64,000 nt of DNA from contig RDZG01000067.1 in assembly GCA_004293915.1 (NCBI GenBank), positions 9,401 through 73,400 of the forward strand. The letters are read 5' to 3'. The translations under genes and the position numbers were made by a program. The notes under the pieces were generated by a model. The model was not told the origin of the DNA, did no database searches, and worked only from the letters and a program-made list of their open reading frames with translations. This document shows positions 9,436 to 18,418 of the stretch, piece after piece. This stretch comes from Bacteroidota bacterium. Lineage in GTDB: Bacteria > Bacteroidota > Bacteroidia > Cytophagales > UBA9547. Each line of letters opens with the position of its first letter. The stretch's first letter is position 1.

Positions 9436-10317
9436 TTAATTTTCTTCATAATAATACGAATAATCAATACCTTTCATATACATTTCTCGGCTGAAAATGT
9501 CGTTGGTAAGTGCTGTTTTGAGTAGTGCATTCAAAACGCTACTATCTACTGCACTAATAATCATTGCGTTCATATAATTTTCTTTGCTAATTTTGCTCCA
9601 ATCAATACATCTTTTTAATTGTTTTTTTAGTAATAAATCAAGCCAAATTCTGGTACTTCTGCCATTGCCTTCCATAAATGGATGAGCTTTGTTCATTGCA
9701 ACATATTTTTCTACTATTTCATCAAAATTAGTTTCGGGCATATTGTCTATTTGCAGCAAAGTGCTTTTTAAATATTGTGCATACTCAAATCTATAGCCTC
9801 CTTTTGCAATATTTTTGGTTCTTATTTGCCCTGCAAAGTCATACAATCCTCCAAAAATATAGGCGTGTATTTGTTGTAAGCCATTAGCTGTACCTACTTC
9901 TATACTATCAAAAAAAGAAGTTTCAAATAGGGCATAGGCTTTGGTTTTACTTTTACCATCAATACTTTCTGGGCTGTAGGTAAACCATTCTATAAATCGG
10001 TTTGAATTTTTGCTGGGAAACTGTTTTCCTAATGCAATTATGCCCTCGTAATCGAGCATGTCTGTTAAATAGCGTTTGCCATCATTGGCAGCTAATTTCA
10101 GTTGGGTAGTGGCACTACCCAACTCACTATTTTCTTTTTTAAGTTTTGCTTTTAAATATTTCCAATAGTTTCGGTTTTTGTTGTAGTCATCTTGGTTTCG
10201 CAATACCGAAACTATATCCAACACCGAAAACCACCATTTGGCATTTTCCTCGTCCCAAACGGCACGTACCTCTCTGTCATCAAAGAAGCGAATAGATATA
10301 TTGGTATTAGATTTCAT
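9436..10317 (-). CDS. fic: Fic-domain protein with N-terminal Bro-N/RhuM-like module
   Basis: The Fic active-site motif is HPFMEGNGRSTR. The N-terminus IRFFDDREVRAVWDEENAKWWFSVLDIVSVL resembles Bro-N/RhuM-type modules. The first ATG is at 10317; the track starts at TTG 10323. Confidence 0.85.
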   Translation of the reverse strand: MKSNTNISIRFFDDREVRAVWDEENAKWWFSVLDIVSVLRNQDDYNKNRNYWKYLKAKLKKENSELGSATTQLKLAANDGKRYLTDMLDYEGIIALGKQFPSKNSNRFIEWFTYSPESIDGKSKTKAYALFETSFFDSIEVGTANGLQQIHAYIFGGLYDFAGQIRTKNIAKGGYRFEYAQYLKSTLLQIDNMPETNFDEIVEKYVAMNKAHPFMEGNGRSTRIWLDLLLKKQLKRCIDWSKISKENYMNAMIISAVDSSVLNALLKTALTNDIFSREMYMKGIDYSYYYEEN

Positions 10318-10394
10318 AGCCAATTTTAGAAATGTTCTTTGTTATGTTTTCGTCCCTTATTGGTTTTTGAATTTGTGCAGAAAGTGTTTGAATC

Positions 10395-10449
10395 TTTGTA
10401 AAATTCACTTCCATTTAGCAAAGGTAATTTTTTTTCGATAATGTTAAAT
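10395..10449. repeat. Direct repeat copy B (55 bp), a duplicated hisIE 5' end now sitting upstream of fic
   Basis: It keeps ATGGAAGTGAATTTTACAAA (MEVNFTK) and the upstream A/T tract, then diverges. See copy A. Confidence 0.9.
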
Positions 10450-10571
10450 ATCGTAGTAAGGTTTAAGAATTTGTGGGAATGAGAGATAGCGTCACTATTC
10501 CCCGAAACCAAAGATAGAAAATACAGCAAAACTACGACTTACAAACAATGTCCTTTCATTTATAAATACTA

Positions 10572-10587
10572 TGTTATAGCCCGTTTT
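10572..10587. repeat. Left arm of a 16-bp inverted repeat flanking the hydrolase pseudogene
   Basis: tgttatagcccgtttt is the reverse complement of 11522-11537 (aaaatgggctataaca) with 1 mismatch. It overlaps the stop codon of the hydrolase ORF. Confidence 0.7.
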
Positions 10588-11509
10588 TATTTTTATTCAT
10601 CCAATCTACAAGTTCTTTTCCGTCTGCAATTGACCATGAGTGTGGATGACGCTTTTTCTCAAATTTACGATACCCTTTGCCAGTTGTAATAATTAATTCT
10701 GCTTTGTTGCTACCTAATATTTTTAGTCTGTTAATCATAGCTGCGCTATCAAAAGCGTTGATGTCGTTATAATCTGCGAATCTGTTATCTATATACCAGT
10801 TAATGTCAGGCTCGTTGTAAATTCGTATTGGAAGATTGATAATTGGTTTTAATTTTGAACTCGATGAGTCAGTTTTTGAAAATGGAGAGATTGTCCAAAA
10901 GAATTTTGGATTCACTTTGGGATTGGTTTTAAAAGTTTCATTTATTCTTTTGATCATATATTGATTTTCTTCTTTAGTTGCAGGATGTAGTTTTCTGGTT
11001 GTGTCTAGCATTTTTTCATAAAAACGCTCCCAATCTAAAGGTGGGTCAATTGCAAAAACACCAGATGGTTTTTTAAAAGTGGAACCAATTTTTAACGCAT
11101 TTTCTGCATATTGAATAGCTCCGCTACCTCCTAAAGAAAAACCACCTAAGAAAAAATTGTCTCCTTTCAGTTTGTATTTTTTAAAAACTGATTCTACAAA
11201 TGAATTCAATTTCACATTTGATTCTTTGTCAATGTAAAAAAAAGACCAGTCTCAGAGTGCTGGAATAAAAGTTATGTAACCGTTTTCTGATGCAAATTTG
11301 CACAGCATTTCTGTTTCAATAAAGGTTTCTGTAGGAAGTTCTCCAAACCCTGGCAACAAAATAAGAGAGCCTTTAATTTGGTTTTTGGGGAGAATCGTTA
11401 TATAGAAATTTTTTGTCGAGTCGTTCGGATATTCAAATGTGTATTCTACCTTTTGAGCAAGTAGATTAAACGTTGTTGTAAAAAATATTATTAAAACAAA
11501 TGTCTTCAT
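10574..11509 (-). pseudogene. Secreted alpha/beta-hydrolase (esterase-like) interrupted by one in-frame TGA
   Basis: Track ORFs 11252..11509 and 10574..11215 are in the same frame. The reading is ...FIPAL-TGA-DWSFFYIDKESNVKLNSF.... The upstream part has a signal peptide, and the downstream part has the nucleophile elbow GFSLGG. Confidence 0.75.
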
Positions 11510-11521
11510 GGATGGTTTCCT

Positions 11522-11537
11522 AAAATGGGCTATAACA
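11522..11537. repeat. Right arm of the 16-bp inverted repeat flanking the hydrolase pseudogene
   Basis: aaaatgggctataaca lies 13-28 bp upstream of the hydrolase start codon. Confidence 0.7.
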
Positions 11538-11642
11538 ATGAGATTTATGAATGAATAGGAAATGTGTTTAATCTCATTCCTATAAAAAGCTATTATTGGT
11601 TCTAAATACCATATTTGATTAAATGATTATGTTGTCTTAGTT

Positions 11643-14111
11643 TTAACCAATCTTTTTAGTAGGCTTCAACTGCTTTACATTAAAAAACCCAATCATTAAC
11701 ACTCCCGCAATCAAAAAGATAGAACACACAAACCCAATGATATTGCCTAAAACATATTTGTCGTTTACCATCTTAAAATGGATGGTATGTTCACCCGCAG
11801 GAACTTCCAAAGCTCGCAATACAAAATTTACTTGCTTGATCTCAGCCTCTTTTTCATCAATAGTAGCTGTCCAACCTTTAGGATAATAGACTTCTGAGAA
11901 AACTGCAAATCCAGGTTTAGCATTTGATGATTTATAAGTCAAATCATAAGGTTTATAATCTGTTAGGGTGATTATTGCGGTAGAATCTACTTCAAATTTA
12001 TCGGCACTTGATTTGAACTTAGAAATATCAATCACGGCTGTAGTTGCCGAATTAAAGGTTTCTAGCGCTTTTATTTCTTCTTCAGGATCATTAACTTGAT
12101 ATACATAAGGTACAAACCAAGCATTCCCCAAAGCATATTGATTGCTTAACACGGAATTGGCAGATTCTCCTGCCATAATATATCGGGTATTGAGCATATT
12201 TAGTACTGGAGTCTTATCGAAACCAGGCTCATTCTTTTTAAGATTTGTATACAAACCTTGAATTTCAGGATACATCACGCGTTCAACCAAATCTTGGTAC
12301 CTGCGCAATTTGGCTGGGCTATAGCCACCTACCGACTTATGAAAATACGAAGTACGAGATTCATTGAAAGGATTTTCCATATTCAATACACGATAATTTG
12401 GGTCTTTGTCTTCGAGCACATATAAATCTGCCTCGTTTGGTGTGTAGAAAGTCTGCATTACTTTTTTCTGAAAAAGGCTTTCATTCAAATACCTTTTATC
12501 AACACTCCATAAATCTACCAAAACAAGTAAGGCAATTGCTCCTAAAGCCAAGTTGTCTTTTAGTTTACTCTTCAAATAAAAATAAAGTATTGCACATACA
12601 AGGCCGATGAAAACAAATGCACGCAAAGCTTCACCAGTTCGCATTGCTTTTCGATCATCTGCAATAGCCCCAGTGATCCAATCAGGCAATTCAGAGCCTA
12701 ATTCTTGTTCGGTCAAGTAATTTACCGAACCAGCGGAAATAAACACAAGTGCTAAAATGCCACCAATCAGGCCTACAGCGATATATAGCGATTTCAACAA
12801 TGCTTCTTTCTTCTTTGCTAATAGCAATTGCTGTAAGCCAAGCATTCCCAATAATGACAAACAAAATTGTGGTATTACTACTGCCATAGTCACCGATCTG
12901 AACTTATTATAAATGGGGAAATAGTCAAATAGAAAATAATTTAAGAGTGGGAAATTTTTCCCGTAAGCCATCAAAATTCCAAAAACTGTTGCACCAAACA
13001 ATGCCCATTTGATTGGGTGCTTCACCACTACCATTCCCAAAATAAACAAAAACACAATAATATTTCCCATATACATAGGTCCGGCTACTCCAGGTTGATT
13101 ACCGAAATATGCAGGCAGATTGCTTAATATTTGATTAGGGTCATAGCCTTGTTTGCGCATTTCTTTCGCAACATTTTCATATTTATCAGGTGCATATCCG
13201 CTTGCTCCACCATAATAATCTGCCATAATGAAAGTAAATGGTTCATCTAATGAGTAGCTATAATTAAATACATAATCTTTATCTAATCCTTCTTTAGGCA
13301 CTTCCTTAGTATTTCCCTCCAATGGTTTTAAAATACTTTCGCCACGAATGGTGTATTTGCTGTATTCTTGGATAGATAAAAAATAGCCTGCATGTGTGCC
13401 TAAAGCTAATATTGCGGCTATGGATAATCCGATATTGGCTTTCATAAATGCTGGCAAGGTTTTGGTTTTGAGTACTTGTAGTAACTCAGCAATGAAATAC
13501 GCCAATCCGATAAATACCAAATAATAAGTAATTTGAACATGGTTGTTTACTATTTGTAGCGCAACCCCAATGCCAAATACTGAGGCACCCAATAGCCAAT
13601 TTTTGCGATAGGCAATAGCCATGCCGGCTATCACCAAGGGCATATACATCATGCAGGCTACTTTTGCATTGTGCCCAGCTACTAAGCTAATAAAAGTGAA
13701 ACTTGAAAAGCCAAATCCGATTGCCCCAATAATTGCCGCTATCCAATGCACATCGAAGGCCAATAGCATTGCATAAAAACAGATCATGCCGATCAAGACC
13801 AAACTTGGTGGATAACCTGGAAATCGACTGATATATTCGTGAATTGGCTTTATCAGATTGCCCCATTGTTGCATATTGATTAAGGTATTGGGCATGCCGC
13901 CAAACATGGCATTGGTCCAGAAAGGTTCTTCGTGAAATTTCTGACGGAAATCAATTATTTCTTTGGCCATGCCTTGGTATTGCACAATATCATGCACATT
14001 CATGGTCTTGCCCTGAAATACTAAAGGCGAGAAATAGATACTAATTAAGATAAAAAATATTGCAACAATGATAAAATGTGGCAGATAGGCTTTGAAATCG
14101 AATTTAGGCAT
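11643..14111 (-). CDS. YfhO-family polytopic membrane protein (putative glycosyltransferase)
   Basis: It is 822 aa with many TM helices and a large C-terminal extracytoplasmic domain. The N-terminus (SPLVFQGKTMNVHDIVQYQGMAKE, FWTNAMFGGMP) is typical of Bacteroidota YfhO proteins. Confidence 0.7.
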   Translation of the reverse strand: MPKFDFKAYLPHFIIVAIFFILISIYFSPLVFQGKTMNVHDIVQYQGMAKEIIDFRQKFHEEPFWTNAMFGGMPNTLINMQQWGNLIKPIHEYISRFPGYPPSLVLIGMICFYAMLLAFDVHWIAAIIGAIGFGFSSFTFISLVAGHNAKVACMMYMPLVIAGMAIAYRKNWLLGASVFGIGVALQIVNNHVQITYYLVFIGLAYFIAELLQVLKTKTLPAFMKANIGLSIAAILALGTHAGYFLSIQEYSKYTIRGESILKPLEGNTKEVPKEGLDKDYVFNYSYSLDEPFTFIMADYYGGASGYAPDKYENVAKEMRKQGYDPNQILSNLPAYFGNQPGVAGPMYMGNIIVFLFILGMVVVKHPIKWALFGATVFGILMAYGKNFPLLNYFLFDYFPIYNKFRSVTMAVVIPQFCLSLLGMLGLQQLLLAKKKEALLKSLYIAVGLIGGILALVFISAGSVNYLTEQELGSELPDWITGAIADDRKAMRTGEALRAFVFIGLVCAILYFYLKSKLKDNLALGAIALLVLVDLWSVDKRYLNESLFQKKVMQTFYTPNEADLYVLEDKDPNYRVLNMENPFNESRTSYFHKSVGGYSPAKLRRYQDLVERVMYPEIQGLYTNLKKNEPGFDKTPVLNMLNTRYIMAGESANSVLSNQYALGNAWFVPYVYQVNDPEEEIKALETFNSATTAVIDISKFKSSADKFEVDSTAIITLTDYKPYDLTYKSSNAKPGFAVFSEVYYPKGWTATIDEKEAEIKQVNFVLRALEVPAGEHTIHFKMVNDKYVLGNIIGFVCSIFLIAGVLMIGFFNVKQLKPTKKIG

Positions 14112-14184
14112 ATTGTTTATTTTGAAATAGATTTATAAGTTTTGGTAAACTTATAATGAAATTTGAGTCAATATTATTTTTCAA

Positions 14185-16458
14185 CTATTGAATATCTTCT
14201 TCGATAGTTCCCAACGTGTCGCCATTGATAAAAACCAAGCTATCGACTAAGGTTGAGTCTACTCTCGGTAAATACGTGCGGCAATTATGCGATTTTGTGA
14301 TTGGAAAATCTGCTTTAGGGAAATATCCCATTTTTATTCCAGTAGATTTGTCGCGATAAACTTTTTCCATAAACTTACCATAAATAGGCAATGCCGTTTT
14401 GGAACCTTCGCCATAAGCCGAAATCCTAAAATGCACACTGCGGTCGGCTGCTCCAACCCAAGCACCTGATACTAAGTCTTTTGTAATTCCCATAAACCAA
14501 CCATCTGAGTGATTTGATGAAGTTCCTGTTTTGCCACCAAACTCGTTGCCACGAAACAAATCGAAACCGAACAATGCTTGCGAAGTTCCACCTGGTTCTT
14601 CTAATCCGCCACGCAACATATAAAGCATCAACCATGCACTTTCTTCGCTTATGGCTCTGCGAGTAATTGGTTTGAATTCGGCAATTTTTCTGCCGCTATT
14701 GTCTTCTATTCGGGTAATAAAAATGGGTTCGGTATAAATTCCTTTATTCAAAAAAGTTCCATAAGCAGCTATAAGTTCATATAAAGAAACATCGCTGGAA
14801 CCTAATCCAACCGAAGGCACATCACGAAGTGGACTTTTGATGCCGCATTTTTTGGCGTATTTTATTACCGCATCCCAGCCCATTTTCTGAATCAATTGTG
14901 CCGTAACGGTATTAACAGATTTTCCCATTGCCCAACGCAAGGTCATGTCTTGCCCCGTAATTTTCCAATCCGAATTGCGTGGTTTCCACGTTTTTTTTAC
15001 TTTTATACCCGAGCTATCTTCTTCATAATCAATTTGTATGGCTTGATCTGTGATTTTATCACATGGTGAATATCCAAAACTATCAATGGCTGCTAAATAT
15101 ACAAATGGTTTAAATGTCGAACCCGGTTGGCGTTTGGATTGCACCACATGGTCGTACTGAAAATATTTATAATTTACACCACCAACCCAGGTTTTGATAT
15201 GTCCTTTAAATGGATCTAAAGTCATAAATCCAGCGTGTAAAAAATGTTTATAATAGCGTAAAGAATCGAAGGAATTAAAACAGGTATCTTTATCCCCATC
15301 CCAAGTAAAAACTCTCATTTTTTTAGGTCGAGTAAGATTTGCCCAAATACTATCTTTATTTCCATCAAATTTTAAATTATAACGTTTATAGGCTTCAGTT
15401 TTTTTAATTGCATCGTCTAAAAAACCTGCAATTTCTTTTTTATTTTCGTCTATCCACGGATTTTGTCCCTTCCAATGTCTAAAAAAACGAGCCTGTAATT
15501 CGCTCATTTGTTCGCTAACAGCCTCTTCGGCTAATTTTTGTAAACGGCTATCTAAAGTAGTATAAATTCGCAAACCATCGGCATACAAATCATAACCATT
15601 TACAGCACACCATTTATTTAAAAAGTTCTCAATCATAGTTCTAAAGTAAGTTCCTTGCCCTTCGTAGTGCATATGCATATCGACTTTAAGTTCGATTGGA
15701 ATCTTTTTAATCGAATCGGCTTGATTTTGAGTAATTATTTTATCTCTAGCCATGATATTTAAAACTGTATTTCTACGTTTTAAAGCATTTACAGGTCTCA
15801 CAAAAGGGCTGTATAATGTGGTGGCTTTCAAAACACCTACCAACATAGCAACTTCTTGAGTGTTTATGCTATCAGGTGATGTCGAAAAAAAAGTGTGCGT
15901 TGCGGTATTGATTCCATAAGCGGTATATCCAAAATCAACGGTATTGAGATACATGGTTATAATTTGCTGTTTATTGTAAACAGCTTCAAGTTTTACGGCA
16001 GTAATCCATTCTTTAAGTTTAAAAATAAATGTTTTAACACCAGGAATATACCCCAACAATCCTCTGGAAGTCGCACCACGTGTTTTGAATAAATTTTTTG
16101 CAAGTTGCTGTGTTATAGTACTTCCACCTCTTTTATCGCCTTTTAGTGCATAATAAAAAATAGAAATAGTTGCACCCCAATCGATGCCTTTGTGTTCGTA
16201 AAAATGAGCATCTTCGGTTGCAATAAGTGTTTTGATTAATAAAGGTGAAATTTTTTTGTATTCAACAGGAGTACGATTTTCTCTAAAATACCTACCAATG
16301 AGTTTTCCATCAGCAGTATAAACTTCAGAGGTAACATCCACTTCGGGTTTTTCGAGTTTATCAAAACTAGGAACTCTGCCAAACAACCATAAAAAATTAT
16401 GTTCGATTACCAGATATAAAAATATTAAACCACCAATAAAATATAAAAATTTACGCAA
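14185..16458 (-). CDS. mrcA: Class A penicillin-binding protein (transglycosylase + transpeptidase), PBP1A-like
   Basis: GT51 motifs are EDAHFYEHKGID and GGSTITQQLAKN. Transpeptidase motifs are STFKP (SxxK), SVN and KTGT. The start codon is TTG. Confidence 0.9.
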   Translation of the reverse strand: MRKFLYFIGGLIFLYLVIEHNFLWLFGRVPSFDKLEKPEVDVTSEVYTADGKLIGRYFRENRTPVEYKKISPLLIKTLIATEDAHFYEHKGIDWGATISIFYYALKGDKRGGSTITQQLAKNLFKTRGATSRGLLGYIPGVKTFIFKLKEWITAVKLEAVYNKQQIITMYLNTVDFGYTAYGINTATHTFFSTSPDSINTQEVAMLVGVLKATTLYSPFVRPVNALKRRNTVLNIMARDKIITQNQADSIKKIPIELKVDMHMHYEGQGTYFRTMIENFLNKWCAVNGYDLYADGLRIYTTLDSRLQKLAEEAVSEQMSELQARFFRHWKGQNPWIDENKKEIAGFLDDAIKKTEAYKRYNLKFDGNKDSIWANLTRPKKMRVFTWDGDKDTCFNSFDSLRYYKHFLHAGFMTLDPFKGHIKTWVGGVNYKYFQYDHVVQSKRQPGSTFKPFVYLAAIDSFGYSPCDKITDQAIQIDYEEDSSGIKVKKTWKPRNSDWKITGQDMTLRWAMGKSVNTVTAQLIQKMGWDAVIKYAKKCGIKSPLRDVPSVGLGSSDVSLYELIAAYGTFLNKGIYTEPIFITRIEDNSGRKIAEFKPITRRAISEESAWLMLYMLRGGLEEPGGTSQALFGFDLFRGNEFGGKTGTSSNHSDGWFMGITKDLVSGAWVGAADRSVHFRISAYGEGSKTALPIYGKFMEKVYRDKSTGIKMGYFPKADFPITKSHNCRTYLPRVDSTLVDSLVFINGDTLGTIEEDIQ

Positions 16459-16519
16459 GGGTATAAGGTAGAAAATGCGAACGTAAAATTATGGATTTGT
16501 TTTGATAAAATTCAAAAAG

Positions 16520-16542
16520 TAAAATTTAATTATTTTCAAGAT
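16520..16542. repeat. Direct repeat, left copy (19 bp perfect, 23 bp with 1 mismatch)
   Basis: atttaattattttcaagat at 16524-16542 is identical to 18423-18441. Extending 4 nt to the left adds 3 further matches. Confidence 0.85.
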
Positions 16543-16549
16543 ATGTAAT

Positions 16550-18382
16550 CTACTGTTTATAGTCGAAATTAAATGTGTAATCATTTTTATTTCCTTTTAT
16601 AAAAATATTTTTTTTCCATAATTGCTCGCAAATTTTCCTAATCTTTCGACCAAGACTTTCATGTTTTTTTCCAATAATCTCTTTTCCAAATATTTTTCTA
16701 TAAACTTCAGGAGTAATATCAGATGCTTTTAAAGAAATAGTATTAAATTTTGAGAATCTATAAACTAAATTCAAAACTTCTTTTGCAACATTATCATTGT
16801 AAACATAATTTGTACCTAATAAAGTAATAAATTCTTCTGTAAAATCAATTTTCATCAACACTCTATCAAGTACATAAACAGGATTTTCTTCTGAACTAGC
16901 AGGATGTTCTATGATTAGTCCAGATTTTTTTAATGAATCAATTACAATAAAATGATTATTACTTTCTGTAAGCAGAATAGTGTATAAACGTTGTTTGTTT
17001 ACCATTTCAGATTTATAAAAATAAGCTAAAACGGCTTTGTGTTCAAAAGTAATTTCAGCTTGTAGTTTAGAAATAATGTAATGTTCGAATCCATGTAACC
17101 AATTATCAATGCTTTCGTCCACTAATTTCCCAGAATTTATTTTTAAAGAAATTATACCATCTTTTATTTCATAAGTTGGCAAATCTATTTCATTATTTAA
17201 TGCTTCATTTACTAACGAAGCCATTCCTCTACCTTGGCTTTCTATTTTGTCAAATACTTTTAGCAAAGAAGCCAATTTTGGGTTTTTACTTTCGGGAATA
17301 CCAGGTATTAGTCTTCGTATAGCTATTTCAGAATCAGTATGGACTAATTTAATTTTTTCTTTAAATGTTCCAGGGTTTTTAATTTCTATGTACTGATTAG
17401 GCTCAATTGTTACTGTAACAAAATTATCAATAGTATAATCTCTGTGTGCAAGTGCATTATTAATTGTTTCTCGTATTAATTTTTCTGGATATTCTGGTTC
17501 ACTTTTACCTCCTTCTCTAATAGTTCTATTCACTTTTATATTTCCCCAAATATATCGAAAGGTGTCTTCCATTAAATTTATAACATCATTTCTAAATATT
17601 TTTTTATCTTTTCCTATATCAAATCGGGTATCATAATAACAGTTTACTTCTACTCTAGATCCTAAAAAATGAAAAGGGTCATCGCCACAAACCAACATAC
17701 CTAATGTAGATACATTTTTTTCTCTATAAAAATGTTGTTTAATTAAAAACGGTATTGATTGTTCTAAATTAGCTTTTAAAGTTTCATTTCTAATTTCTTT
17801 GTTGAGCAAATTTATATAATAGTTTATTTTATCTAAACTTAAATCATCTATTGTAGCATCACCAACTTTTGCTAATTCTTTTGCATATTCTATTTCAATT
17901 TTATACTCTTTTTGTAATTGAAGTTTTGAAGCAGGAATTAATTTATCTTGTGATAACTTTCTTTCGTAATAATTTTCATTAAATTTTAAATATTTATTTT
18001 CATCTGACAATGGATAAACTGCAATAATGGCAACTTGCCCATCCAAAAAATCATAATAATCAAAATAAATGTATTCAGATAAATCGATAAAATTGTCGTT
18101 GTCGTTTTGAAAACATTCTAAATGTAATGCAATTAAGTTACTTTCATTATTTCTATCAAATCCAGTAAATGAATACTGGCGGTCTCTTTCTCTTATACCG
18201 CAAATTATTATTCCACCATCAGTATTCAAAAAAGCACAAATACTTTCTTTTAGTGATTTCCAGTCTCCTTTTGTAGATAAATCTTTCAATTCTATTTTTG
18301 ACTTTTCAACATCTATAAAGACTTTAGCTCTAATAGATTGCTCAACTAAAGCAAGTGTTTCTGTAATGAATTCTGATTTCAT
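16550..18382 (-). CDS. Schlafen/AlbA_2-domain plus HATPase_c_4-type putative DNA-binding ATP-binding protein (COG2865-like)
   Basis: The N-terminal region ICAFLNTDGGIIICGI is AlbA_2-like. The central motif ETINNALAHRDYT...IEIKNPG is typical of this family. The C-terminal half is uncharacterised. The gene is visibly more AT-rich than its neighbours. Confidence 0.65.
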   Translation of the reverse strand: MKSEFITETLALVEQSIRAKVFIDVEKSKIELKDLSTKGDWKSLKESICAFLNTDGGIIICGIRERDRQYSFTGFDRNNESNLIALHLECFQNDNDNFIDLSEYIYFDYYDFLDGQVAIIAVYPLSDENKYLKFNENYYERKLSQDKLIPASKLQLQKEYKIEIEYAKELAKVGDATIDDLSLDKINYYINLLNKEIRNETLKANLEQSIPFLIKQHFYREKNVSTLGMLVCGDDPFHFLGSRVEVNCYYDTRFDIGKDKKIFRNDVINLMEDTFRYIWGNIKVNRTIREGGKSEPEYPEKLIRETINNALAHRDYTIDNFVTVTIEPNQYIEIKNPGTFKEKIKLVHTDSEIAIRRLIPGIPESKNPKLASLLKVFDKIESQGRGMASLVNEALNNEIDLPTYEIKDGIISLKINSGKLVDESIDNWLHGFEHYIISKLQAEITFEHKAVLAYFYKSEMVNKQRLYTILLTESNNHFIVIDSLKKSGLIIEHPASSEENPVYVLDRVLMKIDFTEEFITLLGTNYVYNDNVAKEVLNLVYRFSKFNTISLKASDITPEVYRKIFGKEIIGKKHESLGRKIRKICEQLWKKNIFIKGNKNDYTFNFDYKQ

Positions 18383-18418
18383 ATTATATTAATTAGAAAC
18401 TAAGAATATATTTTAGCA

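Noticed and set aside
10326-10529. Track ORF (67 aa) upstream of fic
   Set aside because: It runs across the duplicated hisIE leader in a different frame from the retained ATG and has no recognisable features. It is most likely a chance ORF in AT-rich DNA.
11252-11254. Selenocysteine or genome-wide UGA reassignment
   Set aside because: I could not find a convincing SECIS-like hairpin immediately downstream. Other genes in the window terminate at TGA, and long ORFs translate normally with the standard code.
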